Under the pieces are notes generated by a model, which was given only the letters and a program-made list of their open reading frames with translations, was not told where the DNA came from and did not search any database. The position numbers and the translations under genes were made by a program. A stretch of DNA of 64,000 nucleotides from the NCBI RefSeq assembly GCF_001194135.2, contig NC_068998.1, positions 50,788,646 through 50,852,645 of the forward strand, read 5' to 3'. Source of the stretch: Octopus bimaculoides (taxonomy: Eukaryota). Below, one piece after another: positions 13,888 through 25,999 of this stretch (positions within the stretch are counted from its first letter, which is position 1; each line of letters opens with the position of its first letter).

Positions 13888-16800
13888 GGTGGGCTTCTCT
13901 CAGTTTCCGTCTGCCAAATCCACAAGTTCATGCAGCTAGAAAGCAATTTTCACAAACACATAGCCATGCCAGTTTTAATGGTTTTAATCTTTGGAATGTG
14001 GCCATACTGGGGCACTGCAGGAAAGGGCTTTTTTATTTACATCATCTCAAACCAAGGAATTTATTTCCACCTGCGTCTTATTTTATAACAATTGCAACGA
14101 GGAAGGTGTTCATAAGCCATTTAAAAAGACACAAAAACCATTAGATTCACTTCACACATTTAAATTTAATTTGTTAAAATATTTTCGTCTCTTTGAAACC
14201 GCAACCTGTTCACTGAGAAAATTCCGTGCTCAGTTCATAGATTTATGGTTTATCAAACGATTGAGTTTTAGTTCCTGATCTAAAGGGAAATAACTTTTTC
14301 ACAGTCTTGATAAATCAACAGATGTACTTTATAACTATCTTCTTTAGCTTTCTTCTGTTCTTTTTGGGTTTAGCTTTCTTCTGTTCTCTCTTTCGAGGGG
14401 CTTTTGACTTAACCCTTTGCCCGCCCAACGCATTTACATAGGTTTGTCCTAAACGTCCATTCTTGTTTTCAGACCTTTTGTTTATCCTTTGCTGCTTGTG
14501 TTCTGACTAACATAAAGCTGTTATTTCACAAGTTCCAAGTTACTCAGGAGGTTGAAAAACATTGAGAACATGTATCATATATGATGAATAGGTCCCAGAG
14601 AAATATGCTTTTTGTATCTTATGTGACACACAGGCAAAGCTTTTGTTCATTTCTAAATTTGCTTTCAGACACATTATTAACACTTTCGATACCAACCCAA
14701 GTTGCAATGGAAACTTCTTATCCACACAGCCATGCCCACCACTCATTACCTAAGTAGCAATTCATTTGCCTAATCCAAACTCATTAATTGCTTATATACT
14801 TTTTAAGATTTTTTTTTATTTATGTATTCTATGTTTTTTTTCCAGCCCGGAATGATTCTTCTCTCATGGAAAGTATGCATGAAGATGGTTTGGTATTGAA
14901 AAAAAATATCATGGGAAGGCTGATTGATGAGGTAATTAATTAATCGGCTTGTTCTAAACTTCATGTCACTGTCACCTCCAAGCCTCTTGATATGCTGTAT
15001 AGCCTTCCTATACGAAAGTCTCATTCAAAAGGTTTCTTTTTATCTCCAGTTCTCTGAATTACCATGTTTTGAGCTCTTTGGTTTTCTGTAGACCAGAAGA
15101 TTATTATTTCATTTGGAAACAAGTAAGGGCTGGCATCAAGAAGGGCGTCCAGCCATAGAAAACTCTGCTCCAAATGTTCCGTCTGACCCCTGCAGGCGTT
15201 GTGAAGTAAACTTTAGAAAAAAGCCAATGGCTGTGACATCGCAGATTGTGTTCACAAGACTTTGATGATCCCAGGGCCGTACCAAAAGACCCTTGTCCAA
15301 GGTGTTGCGCATTATGACTTAACCTGAGATCATATGATTGCTAAGGGAACTTCTTAACCATGCCTTTACTTCTGATGTTTCTAAAAACTCTCCCTTAGCT
15401 TTCCTTATTACCCTCTTCGTTTCAAAGAAGAGTGTTGCTCAGACCCATCAGTGCCTTTTTCTCTCACATTTCATCACAGCATGTGGACTTGACCAAAATT
15501 TATGATCATTATTAAAGAATTTCGTTTCACCCTTAATCTGGTTTTTATTCACAGAAAGATGTCGAAGTAAAAGATGATGAAGACGAAGAAGTGAAGTTCC
15601 TCAAGTCTTTAACTCCACATCAAAAGAAGAGACTACTCAAGTAAGTCTCTACATTGCTTTACATCTCCTATACCAATGTCTTCTCTCATGTGTTCTTGTT
15701 TTATATTCACCATTTTCACATCAGATTCTCTTTTCCATGCTAACATGTCTTATTGCTTTGGTCCCTATCATCAGAGCATTTCTACACATTTCACATCCTT
15801 TCATCATCCATGTGGGGTCCAGCACCTTCACTTCGGCTTAGAAAATGATTCCTGTAATATATACTCAAGGGACAAGTATAGTATGAAAGTAGGGTCCAGA
15901 TGATACCAAATCTTTCCCTCTATATCAATGGGTCTCAATCAAGATCAATATGACCCTTGGTGGGTCCAAAGAAGATTTTGTTAAAATTTATCTGCAATAA
16001 ATCTGTTATAATTCTACAATACGCAAAATGCTTTAACAATTTTTTTTACACAATTTCTAATATTTAATTATAAAAATGTAATAGGTCTTTTTTAAACAAA
16101 CAGCAATCGGGGTCCATCCAAGTAAAATAGGAATGAAAGGGGTCTGTAAGCTAAAAAAGGGTTGAGAGCCACTGCTCTGTATTGTTGTTTGTTTATATTT
16201 GTTCTTGGTAATTGTAATTTTGTTAATGTTTCTTTGCATTTGCAGGAAGCTTTCGCTGCTCAGCAAGAAGGAATCACCAAAGAAGAAAAAGAAGAAGTCA
16301 AAGAAACACAAACACTCGAAGCACCATGAGAAAACTGGTAAGTTCATTCATTATTTATGTGTTTTGTATGTTTTTATAAAGTTCATAGCAAAGCCTGCAT
16401 CCATTCTGTAGAATCTAAGACAAGCTGCATTTTATCCCTCCATACTCAGTCAAAACAAGTACCATTCAGTTAATGGGATAGACCCCTCTCTATCAAAGCC
16501 AGCTTTGCCCTTCATCCTTCCCGAGGTTGATAAAATAAATACCAGCTGAGTACTGGGGGTGTGATGAAATTAACTTAACCCCTTTCCCTGAAATTACTGG
16601 TTTTGTGCCCTTCATAGAAAGGATATTATTCATAAGAACAATAATTGTTTCTCTTTTTCTTTTTTTTTTTAGGGTATTTTAATTAATTTATTTATTTGTT
16701 GTATTTGCAGAAGAGAAGGGTTCCAGTTGCCACAAGAAATTCAGCCATTCTGAGAAAGACAAATCAAACAAACACAGCAAAGAACCGAACAGAAAACACT

Positions 16801-17744
16801 CAACTGGCAGCAAGGATGGGAAAAGTAAAGACAAGGACTCTGCTTCAAAGAATTCTTCTTATGATTGCCATCCTGGGACCTCTGGCAGCATGGGCAAGAA
16901 GCAGTTTGACTCGAAAAGGACTCACTCGAAAGCACGCGGCAGAGAAATCAAAGAGCAAGCGCCACGGAGAGATGAGGGACACTGCAGTCGTAGTAGTAGT
17001 AGCTGTAGTAGTAGTGGTGGTGGTGGTGGTGAGCCAAAGTCTCCGGCTCAGAAAGTGCGCAGAAAGAGGCAGTCGAGTGAGAGTAGCAGTGAATCAAGTG
17101 AAAGGAGCAGGCAGAGTAGCGTGTCCAGTGTGAGGAGTGGGCAGTGTAGTGATTCCAGTGATGGCAGTAGCAGGAAGAAACAGAGTGGTAAAGCTAAGGA
17201 GGGGAATAGGCAGAGGAGCAGGTCTAATGAGAGGAATAGGCAGAGGAGTGTCTCTAAGGAGAGGAATAGCAAGAGGAGCAGATCTCATGAGAGGAATAAG
17301 CAGAGGAGTATTTCTAAAGAAAGAAATCGTAAGAGGAGTGGATCTAATGAGAGGAATAGGCAGAGGAGTGTATCTAAGGAGAGGAATAGTAAGAGGAGTA
17401 GATCTAATGAGAGGAATAGGCAGAGAAGCCGTTCTAATGAGAGGCGTAGTAAGAGAAGTCGATCCAATGAAAGGAATAGTAATAGGAGCAGATCTAATGA
17501 GAGGAAGAGGCAGAGGAATCTGTCTCATGAAAGGCGCATATCTAACGAAAAGGACAGGCAGAGAAGTAGATCTAATGAGAGGAATAGGAAGAGGAGCAGA
17601 TCTAATGAGAGGAGTAATAGACAGAGAAATGAGTACAGTGAGAGGAGCAGGCAGAGGAGTAGATCTAGAGAAGGAGACTATTATCAAGACAGACAGAGAA
17701 ACTATAAGAGTTACTCTGGGACGTCTCAAGTGAAGAGGAAATGA
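8338..17744 (+). CDS. CIR1: Corepressor interacting with RBPJ 1 (CIR1), 9 coding exons: 8338-8409, 10700-10794, 11833-11911, 12773-12837, 13290-13441, 14846-14931, 15555-15640, 16246-16337, 16711-17744; 1761 nt, about 586 aa
   Basis: All 8 introns are GT-AG and the phases chain without a break. The translation [31 protein letters not shown]...[14 protein letters not shown]...[34 protein letters not shown] matches the CIR1 N-terminal domain and zinc-knuckle region as recalled from human CIR1. It is followed by a K/S/R-rich tail. Confidence 0.95.
10700..10794 (+). CDS. CIR1: CIR1 coding exon 2 ([32 protein letters not shown])
   Basis: tatttctag| acceptor; |gtaaaa donor; 95 nt, phase 0 to 2. 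Confidence 0.93.
10996..11162 (+). mobile_element. Short RTE 3'-end copy in CIR1 intron 2
   Basis: Same 3' UTR sequence as 54170-54340. Confidence 0.8.
11833..11911 (+). CDS. CIR1: CIR1 coding exon 3 ([26 protein letters not shown])
   Basis: tctcttctgcag| acceptor; |gtaagt donor; 79 nt, phase 2 to 0. Confidence 0.93.
12110..12310 (+). mobile_element. tRNA-derived SINE, family B
   Basis: B-box-like ctgagttcaaattc; core gtcgactttgcctttcatcc..ggggtcgataaattaagtaccag repeated many times in the window. Confidence 0.8.
12440..12660 (+). mobile_element. SINE family A, 3' half (CIR1 intron 3)
   Basis: catcgcttgacaac...ccagcatggccgcagtcaaatgactgaaa. Confidence 0.8.
12773..12837 (+). CDS. CIR1: CIR1 coding exon 4 ([21 protein letters not shown])
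   Basis: tgttttttcaag| acceptor; |gtaagt donor; 65 nt, phase 0 to 2. Confidence 0.92.
12935..13120. repeat. Degenerate tandem repeat, unit about 27 bp, in CIR1 intron 4
   Basis: gtgctggtgccacata..aaagcacc units. Confidence 0.65.
13290..13441 (+). CDS. CIR1: CIR1 coding exon 5 with zinc-knuckle C-x2-C-x4-H-x6-C ([16 protein letters not shown])
   Basis: tattgcag| acceptor; |gtaagt donor; 152 nt, phase 2 to 1. Confidence 0.95.
13625..13910 (-). mobile_element. SINE family A (CIR1 intron 5)
   Basis: Reverse complement of the family A body and tail. Confidence 0.8.
14846..14931 (+). CDS. CIR1: CIR1 coding exon 6 ([28 protein letters not shown])
   Basis: ttttttccag| acceptor; |gtaatt donor; 86 nt, phase 1 to 0. 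Resembles human SELIAEMRNSGFALKRNVLGR as recalled. Confidence 0.85.
15555..15640 (+). CDS. CIR1: CIR1 coding exon 7 ([29 protein letters not shown])
   Basis: tttattcacag| acceptor; |gtaagt donor; 86 nt, phase 0 to 2. Matches the EVEFLKSLTxxQKxKLL motif. Confidence 0.92.
16246..16337 (+). CDS. CIR1: CIR1 coding exon 8 (Lys-rich, NLS-like)
   Basis: catttgcag| acceptor; |gtaagt donor; 92 nt, phase 2 to 1. Confidence 0.9.
16711..17744 (+). CDS. CIR1: CIR1 last coding exon, Ser/Arg-rich tail
   Basis: gtatttgcag| acceptor. A phase-1 entry puts it in frame with ORF 16890-17744. Stop TGA at 17742-17744; AATAAA at 17913-17918. Confidence 0.9.
17202..17672 (+). repeat. Coding 30-bp minisatellite in CIR1, about 13 full and 3 degenerate units, consensus [10 protein letters not shown]
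   Basis: Unit resembles aggaataggcagaggagcagatctaatgag; the periodicity is visible in both DNA and translation. Confidence 0.9.
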
Positions 17745-18372
17745 GTTTTGGTGCCTAATGAGCAGGAATGGCCATTATCATCATCACCACCATCATCATA
17801 AACATTATCTTTCTGTCCCTCTGAAGAATTGTATTTAAAGAGGGTTTTATCAAAGTTACTCTAGATAATTGAGTGAAAATATTCAGATATTGTGTTATTA
17901 ACAGTAGTTAATAATAAATATCTCAAATTAACAGCCCACAGTTGTATATTTTGGAGGGAGAAAAGTATAGTCTATTGCACATTTGCCTGTCATATCTCGT
18001 ATTTGATATTTCTCTGGCATCCCATACATCATATTTGATAAACTTTCTTACAGTGTTTGTTTTTTTTTTTCTTTCCACTCACCAAAGTCACTTGGGAATT
18101 ATGAATGGAAAGTTTTCTTACTCAGAACTTACCAAACAAAGACTTACTAAAAAAAAAACTGCAAAACAACCTTAGAGATTCAGATCGAACTTACAAGAAT
18201 GCTTTAGACAGACAAAGGGTGAAGTCAGTCTGGGATTTGAACACAGAATGTAAAGGATTGCAACTAGAATATATTATAAAAATATAAATTCACTTCGATT
18301 TTTGATTAATATTTTATATGCATCTATCTACCTATCTATATCTATCTGTCTATCTACCTATCTATCTATCTA

Positions 18373-18430
<58 letters not shown>

Positions 18431-20156
18431 CATATATATATGTGCATGTGTATATATATATATTTATACTTAGTATGTCCTTTGATTAATTTTAATCCTT
18501 CAGCTATTTAATGCTTTTTGACGGGGGGCCTGCAATCACTTATATTATTGATTCTGTTATATTTAAATTGTTACACTAGATAATAACAGAGTCAATGATA
18601 TCTTTGCAAATTATTTTCTCATGAATTATTTGCTCCATATATATATTTATAGGTATATATATACATACATATAGTGAGTCTGCTATGATAATATAAGTTA
18701 ACCTCAGTGAATACATAATAATAATAATACTATAGGCCCATGGCCTGAAATATAATGGTGGAGCAGGCTGTTAGTTGATTACATCAACCCCAGTGTTGAG
18801 TGTTTCATCTGAGGCCAAGTGCATTGCAAGGAGACAATAAAAACCAAGTGTCTTTACTGTTTTCCCATCATTGATTTTGTTGATCACTATTGTCACCTGG
18901 TCCACATCTATCAACACTCACTCATACATACCTAACACAAAATCCGTACTTGCAACTGGTACTTCTTTTAAAGACCCACCCGAAAGAATGAAAGGCAGAA
19001 TCAACTTCTGTAGAATTTGAACTTAGAACGTAAGGCTGAACGAAATGCGACTAAGCATTTCGTCCAGCGTTCTAATGACTCTGCCAGCTTACTGCCTTAA
19101 TGATAATAATAATAATAATGGTTTCAAATTTTGGCATAAAGCCAGCAGTTTTGAGAGAGGGTGCAAGTCGCTAACATCGATCCCCAATGCATAACTGGTA
19201 CCTATTTTATTGACCCTGAAAGGATGGAAAGCAAAGTCAGCTTTTGCAGCATTTGAACTCAGAATGTCAAGTGAGAAAAGAATGCCACTAAGCATTGTTT
19301 CTAGCGCAGTAACGATTTGGTCAGCTCGTCATCTTAATTAAAATAATAGTGATGATGATGGTAAGCTTGTGGCAAGCTTCCAGTGATTTTTTATTTTTTT
19401 TGGTATCTAAGAAAAAAAGAGTTTTGACATTTTGGTACGACGATTTTCTTGTACTGTCATGTGAAATAGTTTTCCCCCTCCTCCTCCTGACATTAAAAGA
19501 TTAGCAGGGAGCCTTGCAACCTGCTAGAAAAATCAGCCAAATCTCCATCAAATGACAATGTATCATATCAAAAAAAAGGAAGGGATCCGTTAGATAACAC
19601 TATCTGGGTTTCCTGCAGATGAGAAAAAGACATGATGGTCATGGCAGGAATGCCTTCAATCATAGGCCTATTCAGTCAGAACCATCCTGGGACTAAACGA
19701 CATCAGCTAAAACAATTCTGTTATGATTATTGTTGTTTCTACATCTCCTGACTTTAGCTATCATCGATTGAACTTCATTGTCTTATCCCATGAGACCCCT
19801 ATTGATGTATATTTGATGGGATTTATCGATCTACTGAATCTGATTGCAACATTTGGGGCCATTTCACCTAATCAAAATTGGATCTTTGTTGAAAGATTTT
19901 GTGTCAGAAACTGAAATGAGTTGTGTCTAATATGATGGATAAGTCCATTTTAGAGGGGTAGGGGTGTATAAGTGAGATATTAATTATTAATGTTGGTGCA
20001 GGCATGGCAGTGTGACTAAGAGGCTTGCTTCTCAACCATATGGTCTTTGGTTCCGTCCCACTGTGTAGTACCATGAGCAAGTGTCTTCTTCTGTAGCCTC
20101 AAGCTGACCAAAGCTTTGAGTGGATTTGGAAGACAGAAACTGAAAGAAGCCTGCCC

Positions 20157-20187
<31 letters not shown>

Positions 20188-20747
20188 TTCTGTTGAGGTC
20201 GAATTTACCTTTTGTTGTTTCAGGGTCATTAAAATAAAAATCAGCTGAGCTCTGAAGGTGATGTAATTCATTTAAACGCTTCTATTGAAATCACTGGCCT
20301 TGCGCCATTTGAAACCAATAAAAGAAGGGGATTAGCAACATGAAGGAGGTGAGGGCAACCACTGTAGCACCCTGCTTTTCTGAATAGCATTGATAAGAAA
20401 GGAAGGGAACAATAATAAAATGCATTCTAAAATCTATCTTTGATCAGAGTCTGAAACTCCCTAAGAAAATTGGATCTCATTATTGTGTTTTGTTTAGTCC
20501 CAGGTCATCTTTCGTTAATCAGACATATGAACATATATTTCTAATCCAACTATGGCCATCCCATATCTTCTTTAGGAAAAGTGTAATTACATTATCCAAG
20601 GTGCCCTTTTAAAAATTTTTTTTTTTTTTTCCATCATTTTACATTCTGAGTTCAAATCCTACAAAGGTCAACTTTGCCATTCATCCCTTCAAGGTCAAGT
20701 ACTGTTTCTTCCTGAATCATATATAGACTCAGAAGGCCAATTTCTGT

Positions 20748-20791
<44 letters not shown>

Positions 20792-22630
20792 CCCACTGGA
20801 TGGGGTGTCCTTTGCTCATTTTTGCCAGCTGGAGCAATGTAAAATGAATTGCTTTGCTCAAGGACACAACACACTGCCTGGTCCAGGAATTGAAACCAGA
20901 ATCTTACGATCATGAATCCGATGGCCTAACCACTGAACCAGACGCCTTCACTGTCATGTACTGGGGAAAGATGTAATCAGTTTGTCTCCTTCCCCAAAAT
21001 TTCTCACCTTCAACCCTGTAGCAGACCCACCCTTCAGAAGAATGTCATGAGCTTGGTTACTTCAACGCCATGGAAACCGGACGACTGACTTTGTAAGTCT
21101 TAGAGCTCAAGAAAAATAAATCAAATAGAAAATAACTTGAAGGAAATTTGACTGCTATTTCTAGCAAGTTGAGTGACCACGTAGAAGCTCACAAGAAAAA
21201 CTGTTGATTTCCATATGACTAAGATCCCTTCATAAATGAAAAACCTGCTTAGTTGGGTCCTCTATCTAAACTCCAGATAAACAGAAGTCTATTCTGATAC
21301 AAAATATTTGAGGAATTATTATTTATCGCATCTCTTTATTTTTATTTTTGTGATAATTTATGTAAAATATTTACTTTGTTGGGTCTAATCTGATTAATCC
21401 AGGAGAATTTGACTAATAAATGGCATCTGGTCTAAGCGTTTCTTTATTGTTTGTTTTCTTTTACTCTTTTTATTTGCCTCAGTCAGCAGACTGCAGCCAT
21501 GCGGATTATTGTGTCAAATGTAAGGCTTATTTATTTACATAATTTTCAACTAATCCTGCGTTATCTCATAATTTTGATGAGGTAATTATTTATTTTTAGA
21601 ATGACATTGTGGAGTTGGTGTGAGAGGCCTGATCTGGCTAGTTTGAACATAAAACAGGTAGAATATTTTGGCCAGATGTAGCCATTTTAAATGCTAAAGG
21701 GTTGAATAAACTCGAAAGTGACCTGTCCTCTACGTAGACGTTTGGTATGCTAGAAATAGCAGGGATAAGATGGGTCTCAAAAGTAATTTCTTTCCAACAT
21801 TATTGTTATGAAATCATCGAAGTATATGAGGAAACAAAGTCGAAATGTGTGAAATAACCATCCTGCTCTCTAGCACAGAATTTTGTCAGTGAACAGGTCG
21901 TGGTCTCAAAGCGACGAAAATATTTTGACAAATTAAATTTAAATGTTGAAGTGAATCTAATGGTTTTTGTGTGTTTTTAAATGGCTTATAAACACCTCCC
22001 ACGCTGGAATTGCAAATGAAGATTAAAAGATATAAAGACTTTTAAGAGCAAAGATTAAATGAAATGCAACGTGTTTTGATCCATGTTGTTTCTAAGATCT
22101 TGAGAAAAATGGAATGCCATCAGAAAGACTGATAAACATTTGTAATCATGGAGGTCAAGACTAGTGAAGAACTCTGCAATAAATTGCAATCTTCTATTCT
22201 GAACAACAAACACTTTTCGAAAACTTCCAATGAAGAATTTACAACAAAGAGACCCTTAGAATCAGAACTGTGCATACTTGAAACTCATCTTGATATTAAA
22301 CTGCAGTTCACGTTGCATTTCTGCGAAGTTATCTAAGCAGCATCTACTATGATGTTTCCGTATCTTATAAATAGTCATTACACGCATCTGTACACAGGAA
22401 TTCGTTCTGAGCTCAAATAACTTTTAACTCTCTCGTTCATACAAAGCAGTTGAGAACGAACATTTCAGTATAAGATAAAAATAGCAAAATCTTGATTACA
22501 CTCCATTCTATCGAATTAGATACTCGTAAATTTTAATTTTTGTGGATTATATTTCAGTCAGTCGTTGGAAAGGTCCTTGAAAAGCGCTACTTTAAGTGAA
22601 ACGACGTAAAGTGAAATGAAATTTTTACAC

Positions 22631-23045
22631 AGGCGCAAGGTGTGGCTGTCGGGTAAGAAGTTTGCTTCCTAGCCACATGGTTCTAGGCTCGGTCCTACTG
22701 CGTGACACCTTAAGCAAATGTCTTCTACTATTGCCTCGGTCTGACCAGAGACTTGAGTGGATTTGGTAGACGACAATTGAAAGAAACCTATCGCGTGTTT
22801 GTGTGTGTAAACACACACACACATGTATGAGTGTGCGTGTCTTTGCGTTTGTCCTCCACAGTCACTTGACAACCAGTATTGGTTCATTTATGTCCCAGTA
22901 ACTTAGCGGTTTGGTAAAAAGAGACAATACAATAAGTACTTGGTTTTAAAATTAGCATCGGATTCGATTCATTCAACTAAATCCTTCAAGGTGGTGCCCC
23001 AGCATGGCCGCGGTCGAAAGAGTGAAACATGTAAAACGAAAAAGG
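22631..23045 (+). mobile_element. Near full-length SINE family A
   Basis: tRNA-like head, microsatellite middle and conserved tail. Confidence 0.8.
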
Positions 23046-23968
23046 ATAGATTCTCTGAGATAACAAAGACTTACATTCTTACGGAATAATTCAATTAGAA
23101 ACCCATGAATAAATTTCTAAAGATTCAAAACGTTTCTAGAACCAGACATTGAAATATATGGGTGCTGTGAACATGGTTAAGAAAGATGCATAAAAGACAT
23201 AATAATAAGATAATGGAACCGCAATAGTTTTACGTCATTGGTCTAGTAAGCAACCAATCAATGGTGACATGATTTAACCTTCTGGAATTTTCTTGCATCC
23301 AATAAAAGGCCGTTTTTGGTGATAAGTAATTGCTGAATGTTATGAGTAACTGAGTGACATGTACCTCTATTCTTGCCATCAGACGGTTCCAGACACTTAC
23401 AGAGACGGCCTAAGGTAGCTGACCCAGAACCTCTGTCGCCACGAAGTGGTTACCGTTGATTTCGTTGGACCGACAACATGCGGCTGTGCAGATATCTTTT
23501 TGTATTCTCAGAAGTGTGTATCTTTCTTTCTCTCAGACCATAATTATTTATACTGTTAATTGTAAATGGTCAGCCCCACCTGCTTTTATTTGTGACAATA
23601 AGTGTTTCAGTCAAGCTTTCACGTGTTTTGCTTCAATTATTCAGGCAGCCACAAAAATATATCTTCGTTCACCAACTCAACAATTACGACTCTAAACTCG
23701 TGACAGTAATAACGAAAATTATTTTCAACAATGTTTATTATTAACCCCAAATATATTTGTTATACATTATATTTTTTATACATAATGTACATTTGGTGTG
23801 TGCATGTTATGTATGTAAATTAAGTAATTGCCGAGAGATGACGGCTGAGAGACCTCGTACAAATGTAAGACACAGGTGAGCTTCTGGTTAGAACATGAAT
23901 AATCTCTTAGTGAAAATGAGAATTATTTTATTAAGCGCAGATCTAACGACACTTAAGCGCTTGGTTGC

Positions 23969-24350
23969 AATAAAGAAAACCCTTGGGCTCGACTTAAACA
24001 GCTGAAACTCTATTCTCTGCAACGCTGTCGTGAGCGAAACATTATTTGCATCCACCACTATTATCCAAATGATATTGGTATTATGTTTACAATTCACCCA
24101 AGACTAGGCCCCCGTCCAATGCGTCCCCTACAAAGGTCGAGGTCACATCACATAAGAACATTGACATAATTTTATTCACTGCTAATGGTCCTGTTCTTTT
24201 CGATGTTATCCCGAAAGAAATTAAAGTAGAAAAAGACCCCACAACTATCAAACGGTACCTGGACAAATTCGTCCAGGAAATACCAGATAAACATTTTAAC
24301 CTTCAACGACTGGCTCAGTTGTGCAGCAATGAAAGAGCTTTGTCTTTTTA
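23969..24350 (+). mobile_element. CR1-group LINE reverse transcriptase C-terminal remnant
   Basis: PWARLKQLKLYSLQRCRER...HPRLGPR...(frameshift)NGPVLFDVIPKEIK...KRYLDKFVQEIPD follows the typical CR1-like ORF2 tail motifs. Confidence 0.75.
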
Positions 24351-25531
24351 AGGACTTGTTGTCTGTGTCTTCACTCATGGCCCGCTCAGCCACCTTTTTG
24401 CCTCTCTGATTATGAATGTCCGCATTGTTGCATATATGACCTCTTTAACACGAGAACCATAGAAGAACATTTTATAATATAGGGTGATGGTTCTGTAAAC
24501 TGCTTGGTTGATCGTCAGTGTACGTCACATAATCTAAGTGTGATCTAATCCTAGCTACTCAACTTGTAAGGTTTCGATTGTAGGCCTCGCTACACTCTCT
24601 TCATGTCGTCTTGAAGGACGGACTTTTATATTATTCTAAGTCCGTCAAGGGCATTCTATATTGTTGCAATTCTTACCCATACATTATTAATTATATTGCT
24701 TTGAATTTCTCTCTGTCTCTCTTTGGGAATCTTTGTCAATGAAAATGACCACAGCTTCATAAAAACTGGAAAACCTCAGACAAATCTTTGTTGAAATTCG
24801 AGGTCTTATCCTTCAAGTATGTCATATCGCCATTAGGTTTTTCTTTTAGATACTTCTTCAGTATGAGTTTTAAATAATTCCAATATTTCATAATTTTAAC
24901 TATTATACGCAAAAAGACATTACTGTGAAGCAGACAGGAGACATACAAAGAATACAACTTAGACAACGTTAGTGAAATAGAAAAAAACAACAAAAAAAAC
25001 AAATGAAACAGAATCATTATTCGCAAGTGTTTATTTATATTTAACTGGAATTAAAATACTTCAACTAATTTTCTAAAAACAAAAAAATGGGAAAAATAAA
25101 GCAAAAAAAATTCAGTTAGACAGGCATACACTTGGCAAATTTATATTTTGGTTTTGTTATTATTTCAACTTAACATTATAACAAAATAACAAGTGTGCCC
25201 ATTTTCATGAAAACCGAGACATTTTTCTTTTTTTTTATTACTTGACTGTCGTCTAAGTGGTTTGTGCCGCATAACACAGACTTCTTTGTTTTTATGGTTA
25301 CGAATGTAATTTATATACTATTTATATTATTTTATATCAATAAGTAAAAATTTCGAGAAAATATAACATCTTGTTTGCTTATTCAAATCTATTGTTTTAT
25401 ATTCATTCTTTTATAAGGTTTTAGAGTTGAAGGAGTTTTTTGCGCGTTTTCCTGGTAGAAATTTTAGATTTTATGCTCTATCTACTGCTATGTATGACAT
25501 ACATACATATGTTAGAAACCGTGATGATAGT

Positions 25532-25813
25532 AACATCGATCATCGAAGCAGTTTATTATAGATGAATAGCCGGATTACTACCTCCCACTTTGAAGGGTAT
25601 GCGTTCGCAATCCAGGAACAGGGAATATCAACCAAGTACAATATCAACCTAATGCACGAAAGGGATAGAGATGCAGGAAAATGTGACACCCGATTCAGAT
25701 TTTGTGGGGTTCACACTGAAGATATCATCCACATCATAAGCAGTTGTCTGAAAATGTCATCACGGTATTATCTACTGATGAGACATGACTTTGTAGCTAG
25801 GACACTCTATAAT
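25532..25813 (+). mobile_element. R4/Dong-like non-LTR retrotransposon fragment (zinc knuckle and start of restriction-like endonuclease)
   Basis: FEGYAFAIQEQGISTKY...RFCGVHTEDIIHIISSC...YYLLMRHDFVARTLY shows a degraded CCHC finger and an RHD motif. Confidence 0.72.
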
Positions 25814-25999
25814 GTTAGATCTCAGTGGAGAAGCTGCTCGATCTCAGCAATTCCAAGTTGTGAAGGAAGCGGTACAGATGTGTTTCACTTTCTCTTTATG
25901 GTTTGCCTTGCAATGATGGAAGCGCTGTTATCTAGACAAGATTAGCATACCTTAACCTTATGAGCAGGGAAAAATTTGAGGGACTTAAGTGTAGCTGGG

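Noticed and set aside
17094-17729. 211-aa antisense ORF and other overlapping ORFs in CIR1 exon 9
   Set aside because: A by-product of the stop-poor 30-bp coding repeat.
19723-19914. 63-aa ORF downstream of CIR1
   Set aside because: No recognisable domain and no consistent splice partners on either strand.
22148-22336. 62-aa ORF as a host gene exon
   Set aside because: It is adjacent to a dispersed repeat (21872-22000 is the reverse complement of about 14098-14230), so it is more likely a transposon remnant.
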